The notes: generated by a model from the letters alone, not told the origin. 64,000 nt of DNA from Candidatus Nanohaloarchaea archaeon (GCA_013343275.1 CP046106.1:672001-736000); one strand, 5' to 3'. Shown: positions 10,059 through 20,401, counted from the first letter of the stretch. A program made the numbers and translations.

Positions 10059-10976
10059 ATGAGCGATACCTTAACCTGTGAAGAATGTGGCCGAGAATTT
10101 GATTCTGAAAGAGCTCTACATATACACCAGAGCCGGGCGCATAAAGAAGAGGAAGACTCAGACAACAGCTCTGAGGAAGAAGATACTGGAGAAGAAGAGG
10201 GCCGGATGAAGGCAGTTTTCCAGTTCAACTCGAAGAAAACTCTATACGCAAGCTTTCTGATAGGTGTTCTCGTAGGAGGATTCCTTATCGGAGGTCTCAA
10301 CGCATTGAACTCACAGGATATAGGCCTTCCTTCAGATAATAATGATTCAGGCTCTGATAGAATCCAGTTCTCTCCCAGCAACTTCTCCAACGACCCTACT
10401 CTAGGCTCCGCAGACGCTCCGGTTAGAGTGGTCATGGTTACAGACTACGGATGTCCATGGTGCGCAGAATGGATGGGAGTCAACGCAATCCCAAGCAGAA
10501 ATATCGATCAGACACAGACCTACCAGAGAATCAAAAACAACTACATAGACACCGGCAAAGTCAAGATGACGGTACTTGATTATCCTGCACATCCAAACGC
10601 CTTAAAGATGCATAAAGCCGCAAACTGCGTATATGAACAGGATAAAAGCCTTTACGGGGATTTCAGCATAAAGCTATATGAGAGAAGGGAAGATTGGCTT
10701 GGAGGAAGATCCGGCGCCGACAGACCTGTAGAAACGATTAGATCAATTTCACAGAATGTAGGGATCAACACTACTAGCGTACTGCAGTGTGTCAACAATA
10801 CAGGAACTACAGAAATCCAGAACGATGTACAGCTAGTGTCCAGCAAGGTCAGTAAGATTGGAACACCGCTCTTCTTCATCGGAAACGAGGAGAACGGGTA
10901 CGTTAAGATTAGCGGTGCGCAGACGTACAGTACCTTCAGCAAAATTATCGATCAGGAGCTTCAGAACTCAAACTGA
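10059..10976 (+). CDS. Membrane-anchored DsbA/thioredoxin-fold protein with N-terminal C2H2 zinc finger
   Basis: CEECGREFDSERALHIHQSRAH, then a TM helix, LGSADAPV, DYGCPWC, GTP cis-Pro motif, GAQ. Confidence 0.88.
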   Translation: MSDTLTCEECGREFDSERALHIHQSRAHKEEEDSDNSSEEEDTGEEEGRMKAVFQFNSKKTLYASFLIGVLVGGFLIGGLNALNSQDIGLPSDNNDSGSDRIQFSPSNFSNDPTLGSADAPVRVVMVTDYGCPWCAEWMGVNAIPSRNIDQTQTYQRIKNNYIDTGKVKMTVLDYPAHPNALKMHKAANCVYEQDKSLYGDFSIKLYERREDWLGGRSGADRPVETIRSISQNVGINTTSVLQCVNNTGTTEIQNDVQLVSSKVSKIGTPLFFIGNEENGYVKISGAQTYSTFSKIIDQELQNSN

Positions 10977-10977
10977 G

Positions 10978-11508
10978 ATGACAGACGTAGCAGAACAACT
11001 GGAAAAGCTAGCGGGTATACTGAAAAGGCCCAGATATTTTTCCTTCTCTATTCTAATATCTCTCACAGCACTCACCGTCTACAGCCTTCTGAACAATTTC
11101 AGCGTTTTAAGCAGATACATTCTGGACGGAGATTTCTCCCTGGTGTTCGCACTAATACCTGCAATATCTATCAGGTACTTTGAAACACTTCCCAGCGCCG
11201 AAATACTGCTGGTAGTAACGATCTCTGCACTGGTGGGCCTCAACATTACACTCGCTATATTCCGGCTTCTTGAACTATCGGAGTTCGGTAGAGAAAACGC
11301 CACCTCTCTAACCGGGGCGGGAATCGCAACGCTGGCACCGGCATGTACTGCATGCGCTGGAGCAGTTGTAGGCCTGACAGGAATTTCCAGTGCTGTAGCT
11401 CTTATTCCGTTCTCAGGCTACATAATCAGAATACTGGCCATAATACTGCTCGCTGGCTCAACAGTCTATACTCTGAACCAGATCGGTCTAAAGGCCTGTA
11501 AAATCTAG
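10978..11508 (+). CDS. Four-TM membrane protein with CxxC (ACTAC), probable DsbA redox partner
   Basis: ATG 1 nt after the DsbA stop; hydrophobic; APACTAC motif. Confidence 0.7.
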   Translation: MTDVAEQLEKLAGILKRPRYFSFSILISLTALTVYSLLNNFSVLSRYILDGDFSLVFALIPAISIRYFETLPSAEILLVVTISALVGLNITLAIFRLLELSEFGRENATSLTGAGIATLAPACTACAGAVVGLTGISSAVALIPFSGYIIRILAIILLAGSTVYTLNQIGLKACKI

Positions 11509-12398
11509 TTTCTGGTAGTGACGATATTCTCGCCGTCCTCGCCAGCACCTACGAGAACAGTGTGCTCGGCCTGTACAACAGTTCCTCCTTCAACCTCTTT
11601 CAGGACAGGATAGGAATGCACTATATCGGCCTGTACTAGCTTGTTCAGCGCCATCTTCTGTCGGGCCCCGAAATCATCGAACCACCGCGGGCTGAACGGT
11701 AGGCCCTGGAACTCCTTGATCTCTCCAAGAAGTTTTCTCTCATGACGACCTCTAACATTCCGATCAGTCTCCAGCTTGTAGATATTCCCTTGTTTTCCGT
11801 TCTTGATCTTTCCGGAGCCGTCGGTCAGGAAAGGCTCTATCGCAACAGCATCTCCTTCCTGGATAACATGGTCTGACCCGTTGTCCACGTTCGGGATAGA
11901 TACACCGGCGTGCTGAGTGTACTTGCCAAGGTAATGGCCTGTCAAGTTTCTGATAGCAGAGTACTCATCCGGAATCTGTCTCTGAACAAAAGCACCGAAC
12001 TCTCCAACAGTAACACCCGGCTCCAAGAATTCAAGGGCCTCTTCCAGAACCTCTTCAACTACTTCAATCATTTCCTCCTCGCTACCAGAAGGATTTACAG
12101 TAAGAGCAGTATCTGCGATGTATCCTTCAGAATGTGCGCCTATATCGATCTTCAATACATCGTTCTCCTTCAACTCTCTGTCCTCAGAGATGCCCGGAGA
12201 GTAGTGCGCGGCCTCTTCACCGATAGACAGGTTTACAGGAAATGCTGGTTCAAGGCCTTCATCTCTGATAAGTCCTTCAATCTCATCTGCAATAGTCTTG
12301 AGATTTGTTCCCGGGGTTGCTACTTCTCTTGCATGTTTCCTGGCCTTCTGGATTACTTCTCCAGCTCGGACATAGTTTTCGCGTTCTTCCTGATTCAT
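11505..12398 (-). CDS. map: Type II methionine aminopeptidase
   Basis: AFPVN, AAHYSP, KIDIGAH..GYIADTA, LTGH, AIEPF, QAEHT. Confidence 0.96.
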   Translation of the reverse strand: MNQEERENYVRAGEVIQKARKHAREVATPGTNLKTIADEIEGLIRDEGLEPAFPVNLSIGEEAAHYSPGISEDRELKENDVLKIDIGAHSEGYIADTALTVNPSGSEEEMIEVVEEVLEEALEFLEPGVTVGEFGAFVQRQIPDEYSAIRNLTGHYLGKYTQHAGVSIPNVDNGSDHVIQEGDAVAIEPFLTDGSGKIKNGKQGNIYKLETDRNVRGRHERKLLGEIKEFQGLPFSPRWFDDFGARQKMALNKLVQADIVHSYPVLKEVEGGTVVQAEHTVLVGAGEDGENIVTTRN

Positions 12399-12430
12399 AG
12401 AAATAGAAAAGGTAGAGAAAAGTGAAAAAC

Positions 12431-13588
12431 CTATTCTCTGGCAACCCCTGAGTTCTTCGCCGCCTCCGCAACTCGGTCAGCGATCTCCATAGCCAGCTCC
12501 TTGTCCAGAGTCTCCGGCACAATATTGTCCTTCTCCGGCTCGATAAACCCTCTTATAGCTTCAGAGGCCGCAATCTTCATCTCCTCATTTATATCCGAGG
12601 CCCGAACATCGAGCGCGCCCCTGAAAACCCCTGGGAAAGCCAGTGAGTTATTTACCTGATTCTCGAAGTCGGATCTGCCGGTAGCAGTAATGTAGGCACC
12701 GGCCTCTTTTGCCTTTCCAGGCTTGATCTCCGGCTCGGGATTGGCAAGTGCAAAGACGATCGGATCCTCAGCCATGGACTCAACCATCTCTTTTGATACA
12801 ATCCCTGGTGCTGAAAGGCCTATAAGCACGTCAGCGTCTTTCATAGCGTCTTCAAGATCTCCTTCCTCTTCAGAGGCCAGAGTTCTCTCCGCAAGATCGG
12901 CCTTGTAGCTGTTTTCGTCGTCCGTTCTCAGAATACCTGATGAGTCTACCGGCACGATCTTTCGGGCGCCGGCGTCGAGAAGGAAGTTCGCTACTGCAAT
13001 ACCTGAGGCTCCTGCCCCGCTGATAACTATCCTGGAGTTCTCCAGATCTCTCTCCGCCAGTTCCAGTGCATTCCGAAGAGCTGCACCTACTACTATAGCG
13101 GTTCCGTGCTGGTCATCGTGGAATACAGGAATATCCAGCGACTTCTTCAGGGCCTCCTCTACCTTGAAGCATCTCGGTGCCTTGATATCCTCAAGATTTA
13201 TCGCGCCGTAGGTAGGTTCGATGCGCTCAACGTGCTCAATTATCTCTTCGGCAGTATCAGTATCGATACATTCCGGAAACCCATCTACATCTCCAAACTT
13301 CTTCATCAAGTTAGCTTTACCCTCCATTACCGGCATCGCAGCCTCCGCACCTATATCGCCGAGACCCAGAACAGCTGAACCATCACTTACAACCGCAACT
13401 AGATTGCCTTTACTGGTATATTCGTAGGCCTTTTCCACCTCTTCCTCTATTTCCTTGCATGGCTCCGCAACTCCGGGAGTATATACCAGGCTGAGATCTT
13501 CCTTGCCTTCGATCTCTACAGAAGGTTCTACAGAAATTTTTCCAGGGTTCTTGCTGTGAAGTTCAAGAGCTTCTTTTCGATCAACCAT
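12431..13588 (-). CDS. NAD(P)-dependent malic enzyme
   Basis: YTPGVAEPC, PVMEGK, INLEDI, FHDDQHGT, GAGASG, ALANP, NQVNN. Confidence 0.95.
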   Translation of the reverse strand: MVDRKEALELHSKNPGKISVEPSVEIEGKEDLSLVYTPGVAEPCKEIEEEVEKAYEYTSKGNLVAVVSDGSAVLGLGDIGAEAAMPVMEGKANLMKKFGDVDGFPECIDTDTAEEIIEHVERIEPTYGAINLEDIKAPRCFKVEEALKKSLDIPVFHDDQHGTAIVVGAALRNALELAERDLENSRIVISGAGASGIAVANFLLDAGARKIVPVDSSGILRTDDENSYKADLAERTLASEEEGDLEDAMKDADVLIGLSAPGIVSKEMVESMAEDPIVFALANPEPEIKPGKAKEAGAYITATGRSDFENQVNNSLAFPGVFRGALDVRASDINEEMKIAASEAIRGFIEPEKDNIVPETLDKELAMEIADRVAEAAKNSGVARE

Positions 13589-13675
13589 GTAGATTACTTG
13601 GCAGTCAAATGACTAAAACAGTTTTCACTACTCCCCGCCATTAATCTTTAGAGATTCCTTCCTACAGAAATTCCT

Positions 13676-14446
13676 ATGGAAGACAAAAACAAGGAAGAAT
13701 CCACTAAAGAACATTTCAGAGAGGGTAAGAAACATCTGGAGAAGGGAACTCAGAAGGTAATGCAGGCCGGAATAGAGAAAGGGCGGGAGCAGACCAAGAA
13801 ACTTGACTATTACCGGCAGAACAGATCTGAGTTTATTGAAAACGTATCTCGGAGAATGGGCAACCCGAAAAAGCCGGCGGTATCCGGCCTTATCGTGGTT
13901 CTTCCCGTAGCAGTCGTTCTTCTTTTGGTCAACTGGCTTTTCAACAAGATCGGCCAGATTCCCGGCAACCAGTACTTCAATATCTCGAATATCTACTACC
14001 TCAATCAGACCTTCAAGCTGGCTATACTGCTGACTGTTGCAGCAGTTGTAGTAACCGGTGTAGGACGCCTAGTAAGGACGGAAAGAGGTTTTCAACTTGA
14101 GAAAATTCTAGACGAAATGTTCGACATGATACCTTTCATAGGCAGCGTATACAACATGACAAAAGTCACAACAGAGACTGTGATGGGCGGCGCCGAAGAC
14201 TTCTCAAGGCCTGTCAAAGTAGAGCACAGCGGATTCCGTCTGACAGGATTCAAAACCGGCAACCAGACCAAAGATGGTCGCGAAATAGTATTCATGCCTA
14301 CCGCGCCAAACATAACTTCAGGCCTTGTACTTGAGCTAGACGAAGAAAAAATAGAGGACGCCGATGAAACAGCCGAAGAGGCCTTAACAAGAATTCTATC
14401 AGCAGGTTTTGGAGAAGGAGGAAACTCCAGCTCGGAGGAGGAATAG
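13676..14446 (+). CDS. DUF502-like membrane protein
   Basis: GLIVVLP, IPFIGSVY, VFMPTAPNITSG, ILSAG. Confidence 0.85.
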   Translation: MEDKNKEESTKEHFREGKKHLEKGTQKVMQAGIEKGREQTKKLDYYRQNRSEFIENVSRRMGNPKKPAVSGLIVVLPVAVVLLLVNWLFNKIGQIPGNQYFNISNIYYLNQTFKLAILLTVAAVVVTGVGRLVRTERGFQLEKILDEMFDMIPFIGSVYNMTKVTTETVMGGAEDFSRPVKVEHSGFRLTGFKTGNQTKDGREIVFMPTAPNITSGLVLELDEEKIEDADETAEEALTRILSAGFGEGGNSSSEEE

Positions 14447-14561
14447 AAAACAGAATTAAACAAGTTAAAGCCTTTAAACACAGAAAGAGTAATTTAAATT
14501 GCCTCAGCTTAACGATTGTTAATAGACCAGTTTAAAACCTTCAGCAAGTTATTGAAGAAAC

Positions 14562-15401
14562 ATGAGAAAATACCTTGCACTGCTACTTGCCTTAACCCTG
14601 ACAACAGGAATAGCCTCAGCGCAACCCAGCGACACTGGAGCCGCACAGAGCAATATTTCTGCAGGCCTTACCCCTGCCAGTCCTCTCTACGGCATTGAGA
14701 TGTTTGCTGAGAACCTGGAGGTCAAGCTAGCAGGCCTGATAGGCGGCAGTGATATGAAGGCAAAAGCCATGGCAAACAATGCCGAGGAAAGGCTTGCTGA
14801 AGCTCAAGAGCTTATTGAGAAAAACAGAAGTAGTAAAGCTACACAGCTGATAGAGAGGTACTCACACACAATCAATGAATCAATTGAAATAGCTAGCAGA
14901 GGGCAAAATGAAGGACTTAAGCAGAGGATAAACAACATTTCCAGCAGAAACGTAGAGATGCTGAAGAAGGTTAAAGAGAAAGTACCTGCCCAGGCACAGG
15001 ATGCGATCCAGAAGGCTATAGAGCAATCTGAAGAACGGGCAAAAGCTGCAAGAAACCGGACAGGTAAACCTGAAGGAATAACCGGCAGAAATAGCTCAGT
15101 TCAGCCCCCTGAAGCGCCAGGCGAAGGCAAAGCTCCTAAAGTAAGTAGAAAAACTAAAAACCGATCCATAGATGAAATCCTGGGCGGAGAGAGCACCAGC
15201 AACAAATCCAGAAAACCCCCTCAGCCATCAGCTAATGAAAGCTCCGTAGATAAAATCGTGCCTAACCAGAATAGCAGCACCTCCGAACGCTCGAACACTA
15301 CCAGAGAAAATGCTGGCGACACCTCGCCAACAGAGAGCCTGAAAAATAATACGGAGCTCAACAAATCATCAGATACTAATTCTCTGAATGAGTTGAAGTA
15401 A
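14562..15401 (+). CDS. Secreted helical protein, DUF5667-like, with low-complexity tail
   Basis: Signal peptide; AGLTPASPLYG..F.E; AEERLAEA; KVPAQAQDAIQKA. Confidence 0.7.
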   Translation: MRKYLALLLALTLTTGIASAQPSDTGAAQSNISAGLTPASPLYGIEMFAENLEVKLAGLIGGSDMKAKAMANNAEERLAEAQELIEKNRSSKATQLIERYSHTINESIEIASRGQNEGLKQRINNISSRNVEMLKKVKEKVPAQAQDAIQKAIEQSEERAKAARNRTGKPEGITGRNSSVQPPEAPGEGKAPKVSRKTKNRSIDEILGGESTSNKSRKPPQPSANESSVDKIVPNQNSSTSERSNTTRENAGDTSPTESLKNNTELNKSSDTNSLNELK

Positions 15402-15403
15402 TT

Positions 15404-15790
15404 ATGGCCGTTCCATTCCCTGAAGCAGAGCTGGAAATACTAATATACATGCTTCTCGGAGCCTTTATCGCACTTACATTTGCCTCAGGCCTATACATCT
15501 GGAAACTGAGACAAGTCTTGGTCTCAGCCCAGGGAGATTCCTCTGAAGAAGAGGAAGATCTCCGTATCGATAATATAGGCCTCTCGCGCAGAGCTGAAGA
15601 AGTTCTTGACATGGTGATGGATGACCCAACCCTTCAGAGCGATCTCCCTGACGAAGTCGATGTCTCGAAGGCCACGATAAGTAATGCAGTATCTGAACTT
15701 TTCGAGAGAGATCTTGTTATCAAGAAGAAAAAGGCCAATACCTACCTGATTGAACCTAATTTTGAGGAGATCAGGAAACAGCAGCGTTAA
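15404..15790 (+). CDS. Membrane-tethered winged-helix transcription regulator
   Basis: N-terminal TM helix; QSDL..VDVSKATISNAVSELFERDLV wHTH. Confidence 0.85.
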   Translation: MAVPFPEAELEILIYMLLGAFIALTFASGLYIWKLRQVLVSAQGDSSEEEEDLRIDNIGLSRRAEEVLDMVMDDPTLQSDLPDEVDVSKATISNAVSELFERDLVIKKKKANTYLIEPNFEEIRKQQR

Positions 15791-15854
15791 ACAATACTGA
15801 ACAGGTTTTCTCAATCATTAAACGGATTTAAACGGTTGCTGAACGGGTTTAAAC
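15787..15854 (+). promoter_or_regulatory. Helically phased YTRAAC repeats upstream of a TATA-like TTTAAG
   Basis: Hexamers at 15787, 15797, 15818, 15828, 15839, 15849 (spacing 10, 21, 10, 11, 10). Confidence 0.65.
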
Positions 15855-15914
15855 CGCTGTTTCTGGATACGCCATTTAAGGGTGGACCGAGTATGTCAGC
15901 TTGGTGAAAACAGA

Positions 15915-16769
15915 ATGAATTACTCAAACAAGTTTACCGCGCTCTTCCTGATCGCAGGAATGGCGCTCGGATTTGCTGCACCAGCAGCAGCACAGCCTTC
16001 ACAGGCCCAGTCCAGTTCAAATGTAGAAACAGATGCGCAAGCATCTGCACAGATAGGTATTACGCAGGCTATTTCCAACCTGCGAGACCAGGTCCAGGAA
16101 CTCACACAGCAGATAAATCAGCTGCAGCAGAGAGTTAATACCCTGGAAGCAAAAGTTAATGCTTCCGCAGAAGCTGCCGGACAGACAACAGCAACCGGCG
16201 AAGTAAACGCCAACGGCCATAGAGGTCCTCCAGAGCACGCACAGAACAACCAGAAAGACAACCTCGGAGCAAAGGTTTCAGCCGAGGCCCGTGCAGGAGA
16301 CCAGGCAGGAATCTTCGCAGCCATCAGCTCGTTCCTCTCAGACAGAGGCAACGATCAGGCTGCAGAATCTGTAGGAAACAACTCCTCAGATGACAGCAAA
16401 CAGCAGGAGGAAACAGAATCGACATCAGAGATTGAAGTCAATGTATCCGGAGAGATCGAAGCCGGAAACAACGTAACTGTAAAAGCAATGCAGGAAGGAG
16501 AGGCCGTAGCTAACGCAACAGTCAAAGTTAACGGCGAAGTAGCTGGCCAGACCAACGCAGATGGAGAAATCGTTGTAACAGTCCCAGAGGCCGACGAATT
16601 CGAAGTTGAAGTTGAGTCAGGCGACAGCGAAGGAGATTTTACATCAGAAATTACCGCGAGCGCTGAAGCAGGCGCAGAGACTGAAACAGAAACCAGCACT
16701 TCAGGAGGAAGTGCAGAGGCTTCAGCAGATGCAGAGATCTCAGGCGAAACCACCGTAGGCCTTAACTAA
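15915..16769 (+). CDS. Secreted/surface protein with coiled coil and Ig-like domain
   Basis: Signal peptide, Gln-rich coiled coil, ATVKVNG..GQTNADG Ig-like motif; GGTGA RBS before ATG 15915. Confidence 0.8.
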   Translation: MNYSNKFTALFLIAGMALGFAAPAAAQPSQAQSSSNVETDAQASAQIGITQAISNLRDQVQELTQQINQLQQRVNTLEAKVNASAEAAGQTTATGEVNANGHRGPPEHAQNNQKDNLGAKVSAEARAGDQAGIFAAISSFLSDRGNDQAAESVGNNSSDDSKQQEETESTSEIEVNVSGEIEAGNNVTVKAMQEGEAVANATVKVNGEVAGQTNADGEIVVTVPEADEFEVEVESGDSEGDFTSEITASAEAGAETETETSTSGGSAEASADAEISGETTVGLN

Positions 16770-16846
16770 GGCCTCTTTCTTCCTTTAATTCTCTTTTTTC
16801 CAGCTTTCTACCAAAGAAGATTTAGGCTTTAACCACGAAATATAGA

Positions 16847-17152
16847 ATGATGGAAGAAGAAAACCTGGAAGAAGAGATAAACGAGTTCTTCAACGAAAAC
16901 AATGATGGCCGTTACAGAGCCAGCGTAGATGTAGATTACAGTCAGCCGGAGGCTAGAATATATGTGGCCTTCGAAGATGGCTCCGAAAAACCAGGTATTG
17001 GCTCGTTTGTTGACGAAATCTTTGAAGATCTTGGTATCTCCAACCCAAGAATGGAGGCTGACTGGCATCCTGAAGAGAACAGATACGACATTACTCTGAA
17101 AGAAGATGTCGACGGACCTCTACAGAGCCAGACTCCGAAAACTTCAGTCTAA
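16847..17152 (+). CDS. Acidic hypothetical protein
   Basis: 101-aa ORF with host-like acidic composition. Confidence 0.65.
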   Translation: MMEEENLEEEINEFFNENNDGRYRASVDVDYSQPEARIYVAFEDGSEKPGIGSFVDEIFEDLGISNPRMEADWHPEENRYDITLKEDVDGPLQSQTPKTSV

Positions 17153-17155
17153 AGT

Positions 17156-19198
17156 TTATTCTTCCAGTTCTAGCTCTATATCAGAGACGAAGGCCTCATC
17201 TTTCTTCAGGATCAAAGGGTTGACATCTATCTCGGAGATTTCCTCATGGTTTAATGCCAGTTCTCCCAGTCTGATAATCGCGTCTTTCACGGGCTCCATT
17301 GAGTGATCTTCTCCACGAACCCCTTTGAACAGGTCGCTGCTCTGAAGCTCCTCTATCATCTGTTCGGCTTCTTCCTCGCTAATAGGTGCGATTCCGAACG
17401 AGATATCATGCAGGGCCTCGATGTAGATGCCTCCGAGGCCTACGAGAATCATCGGGCCGAACTGTGGATCTCTCTTCATTCCCAGAGCAACTTCGAGACC
17501 GTTCAGTTCCTCCTGTATGACTATTCCATTGATCGGTACCTCTCCGTTCTTCGCGTGGTGAACGTTTTCAATTATTTCTCTAAAGCTTTCCTGAACATCT
17601 TCCCTGTTCTCAACACCGGTTTTAACACCGCCCACATCGGTCTTATGCGATATTTCCGGCGAATCAATCTTCATAACCAGAGGGTAGCCGATACTGGAGG
17701 CTGCATCCTCCGCATTGCCAGGGGCGCTCTCGACCTCGGTAAGAGGAAGATCAAAACCGTAGGCCTCAAATAGTTGATGGCCTTCCTCATAGCCAGAATA
17801 ATCCTGAAGAGCATTCTCCGCCTTCGTCCTGTCAAAGTCTATATCCTGATATGTTCTGTCGGTTTCAAGGAATTCACGGTAGCTATGCATTGATTTCAGA
17901 GTCTTTATCGCATCTACAGGATCCTCGAACTCAGGAATCCTGTTATCTTCCAGTATCTCCTTGCCTGAAGCAACATCTTCCTCTCCCATGAAAGAGGCAA
18001 AAACCGGTTTCTCCGAATTCTGATCTGCCTCAACTATCGCTTTCGCGGTTTTATCGATCTCTGTATTGGCCTGCGGCGTCAGTAACACTACAACAGCATC
18101 AACATTCCTGTCATCAAGCACCGAATCAAGAGCCTGTCTGTACCTGTGGTGGCCTGCGTCGCCTATAACATCAAGCGGGTTGTGAAGAGTTGATTCATCC
18201 GGCATTACCTCCTCAAGCCCGGCCTTTGTTTCCTCAGAAAACTCCGCAAGCTCCATCCCTCTCTGAGATATCTCATCAGTGGTAATAACTCCAGGCCCTC
18301 CTGCATTAGTAACTATTGCAATTCTCTTGCCTTCAGGAGGTTTCTGGTAGGAGAAAGCGCGGCCGAAATCCAGCAGTTCTCTGTTGGACTCGGCCTCTAT
18401 AATACCTGCCTTTCGGAAGGCTGCCTGATAGGCCTGATAGCTGCCAGCAATACTTCCAGTATGTGACGATGCTGCAGATCCTCCTTTATCTGTACGACCG
18501 GATTTAATCATTACAATCGGTTTCTCACGGGAAGTCTTCTCCGCCTCATTCATGAACTCGCGGCCGTTATCAATCCCCTCGGTATAGGCGATAATTGATT
18601 CAGTATCGTCTTCGCGCCATTTCTTCAGAAGATCAACCTCGTTAAGCTGAGCCTTGTTACCTAGAGACACGAAGTGGCGGAAACCGATATGCTCCGCCTT
18701 CGAGTAATCCAGTATCGCCGTGCAGAAAGCTCCGGACTGGCTCATGAAGGATATATCTCCTTCCTCCGGCATTTTGGATGCAAAGGACGCATTCATCGAG
18801 TTCTCGGTATTGATAAGGCCGAGGACGTTAGGCCCCAGGAGCGCGATATCGTTCTCATTCGCAATATCCAGAACTTCCTGCTCCCTCTGCTCATTGCCTG
18901 TCTCAGAGAATCCTGCGGACACAATAATCGCGGCCTCTACTCCTTTGCTCGCGGCATCCTGCATAACATCAGCAACAATTTTTGAAGGAACCGCTATAAC
19001 TGCAAGATCTGTTCCTTCCGGTATCTCATCGAAGGCCTTTTTTCCTTCCACTTTGTCAGCTTTAGGGTTGACAGGATAGATCTCTCCCTCAAATCCATGA
19101 GCCAGGTTGTCGAAGATTTCATGGCCTGTCTTGCCTTCATGGCGTGAAGCCCCTACTACAGCAATATCTTCTGGTTTGAAGAGTTTATCGAGTTTCAT
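17156..19198 (-). CDS. acdAB: Acetate-CoA ligase (ADP-forming), fused alpha/beta
   Basis: AVVGAS CoA-binding motif, GPNVLG, SQSGA, SSHTGS phospho-His, C-terminal ATP-grasp (HKTDVGGV, DPQFGP, IDVNPL). Start likely MKLDKLF at 19198. Confidence 0.93.
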   Translation of the reverse strand: MKLDKLFKPEDIAVVGASRHEGKTGHEIFDNLAHGFEGEIYPVNPKADKVEGKKAFDEIPEGTDLAVIAVPSKIVADVMQDAASKGVEAAIIVSAGFSETGNEQREQEVLDIANENDIALLGPNVLGLINTENSMNASFASKMPEEGDISFMSQSGAFCTAILDYSKAEHIGFRHFVSLGNKAQLNEVDLLKKWREDDTESIIAYTEGIDNGREFMNEAEKTSREKPIVMIKSGRTDKGGSAASSHTGSIAGSYQAYQAAFRKAGIIEAESNRELLDFGRAFSYQKPPEGKRIAIVTNAGGPGVITTDEISQRGMELAEFSEETKAGLEEVMPDESTLHNPLDVIGDAGHHRYRQALDSVLDDRNVDAVVVLLTPQANTEIDKTAKAIVEADQNSEKPVFASFMGEEDVASGKEILEDNRIPEFEDPVDAIKTLKSMHSYREFLETDRTYQDIDFDRTKAENALQDYSGYEEGHQLFEAYGFDLPLTEVESAPGNAEDAASSIGYPLVMKIDSPEISHKTDVGGVKTGVENREDVQESFREIIENVHHAKNGEVPINGIVIQEELNGLEVALGMKRDPQFGPMILVGLGGIYIEALHDISFGIAPISEEEAEQMIEELQSSDLFKGVRGEDHSMEPVKDAIIRLGELALNHEEISEIDVNPLILKKDEAFVSDIELELEE

Positions 19199-19295
19199 GT
19201 TTTTGAATGGTCTAAGCTCGTTATTTAGGTTGTTGAATTCACCGAGAGGTCGCAAACGATTTTTTATATACAGCCGGAGGCCTGTTTCAATCATA

Positions 19296-20351
19296 ATGCG
19301 GGAAGAAGTATATTCTGGTTCTGTTGAGCGTATTGAAGTAATGGGGACTGAAGACGAAGAGGACTTCCCCTGGATCGAAGAAGATGAGTACAGAGAGCTC
19401 TACAGAAAAATGATGATTGCAAGAAAATTTGATGAAAAGGCCTTCTCACTGCAGAGAAGAGGCGAAATATCCACTTACGCGCCGCATAAAGGACAGGAGG
19501 CCGCTCAGATCGGAGCAGTTTTTGCACTGGACGAGGATGACTGGATTGTGCCTTCTTTCCGCGAATCAGCGGCATTCATACAGAGAGGCGCACCTCTAGA
19601 CAAGATCTTTCAGAGATGGATGGGCGATGCCAACGGCCAGAAAGATCTCTCCGAACTGAATACATTACCTGTAGCAATTCCTGTAGGAACGCAGAATCTG
19701 CATACCGCGGGCCTTGGGATGGCTATGGAGAAGAAAGGAGACGAAAACGCAGTACTTGGGTTCACAGGCGATGGATCGACTTCTGAAGGAGATTTCCACG
19801 AGGCCCTGAATTTTTCAGGAGTCTTCAGCGGCCACTCAGTATTCTTCGTACAGAACAACCAGTACGCGATCTCTATGCCCAGGGAGAAGCAGACCAGGTC
19901 CGAGACGATCGCACAGAAAGCTATCGCATACGGGATCGACGGCATACAGGTCGATGGCAACGATCTGCTGGCTGTGATCAAGGCGGTAGAAGAAGCGCTG
20001 GAAAAGGCCCGTAAAGGAGAGCCAGTCCTCGTAGAGGCCATAACTTACAGGCTGGAGGATCACACTACTTCCGACGATTCGACACGTTACAGAGATGAGG
20101 AGGAAGTAGAAGAATGGAAGGAGAAAGACCCCTTAAAACGCTTCAGAGAATACCTGAAAGAACACGATATCTGGGACGACGAAATGGAAAGCTTCGAGGA
20201 AGAGGCCGAGGAAAAAGTAGATAAAGCTGCCCAGAAGGCGATAGAAGCAGACGACCCAAGCTTCGACGAACTGTTCGACTATGTATACGAGGAGATGCCC
20301 GAGCTGTTACAGGAGGAAAAAGAACAGCTCAGAGAAGAGGTGAAGGAATGA
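19296..20351 (+). CDS. pdhA: Pyruvate (2-oxoacid) dehydrogenase E1 alpha
   Basis: GQEAAQ, GDGSTSEGDFHEALN TPP motif, NNQYAIS, HTTSDD. Confidence 0.93.
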   Translation: MREEVYSGSVERIEVMGTEDEEDFPWIEEDEYRELYRKMMIARKFDEKAFSLQRRGEISTYAPHKGQEAAQIGAVFALDEDDWIVPSFRESAAFIQRGAPLDKIFQRWMGDANGQKDLSELNTLPVAIPVGTQNLHTAGLGMAMEKKGDENAVLGFTGDGSTSEGDFHEALNFSGVFSGHSVFFVQNNQYAISMPREKQTRSETIAQKAIAYGIDGIQVDGNDLLAVIKAVEEALEKARKGEPVLVEAITYRLEDHTTSDDSTRYRDEEEVEEWKEKDPLKRFREYLKEHDIWDDEMESFEEEAEEKVDKAAQKAIEADDPSFDELFDYVYEEMPELLQEEKEQLREEVKE

Positions 20352-20401
20352 TGAAGATCGCAGATCTTCGCAGAGACGAAAACAGAGGTGTTTTCGAATA
20401 A
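20348..20401 (+). CDS. Intercistronic mini-ORF MMKIADLRRDENRGVFE
   Basis: ATGA overlap with the pdhA stop and TAATG overlap with the pdhB start. Confidence 0.5.
   Translation: MMKIADLRRDENRGVFE

Noticed and set aside
19107-19295. N-terminal extensions of pdhA and acd overlapping each other
   Set aside because: Homology starts at 19296 and 19198 respectively; the gap is a divergent promoter
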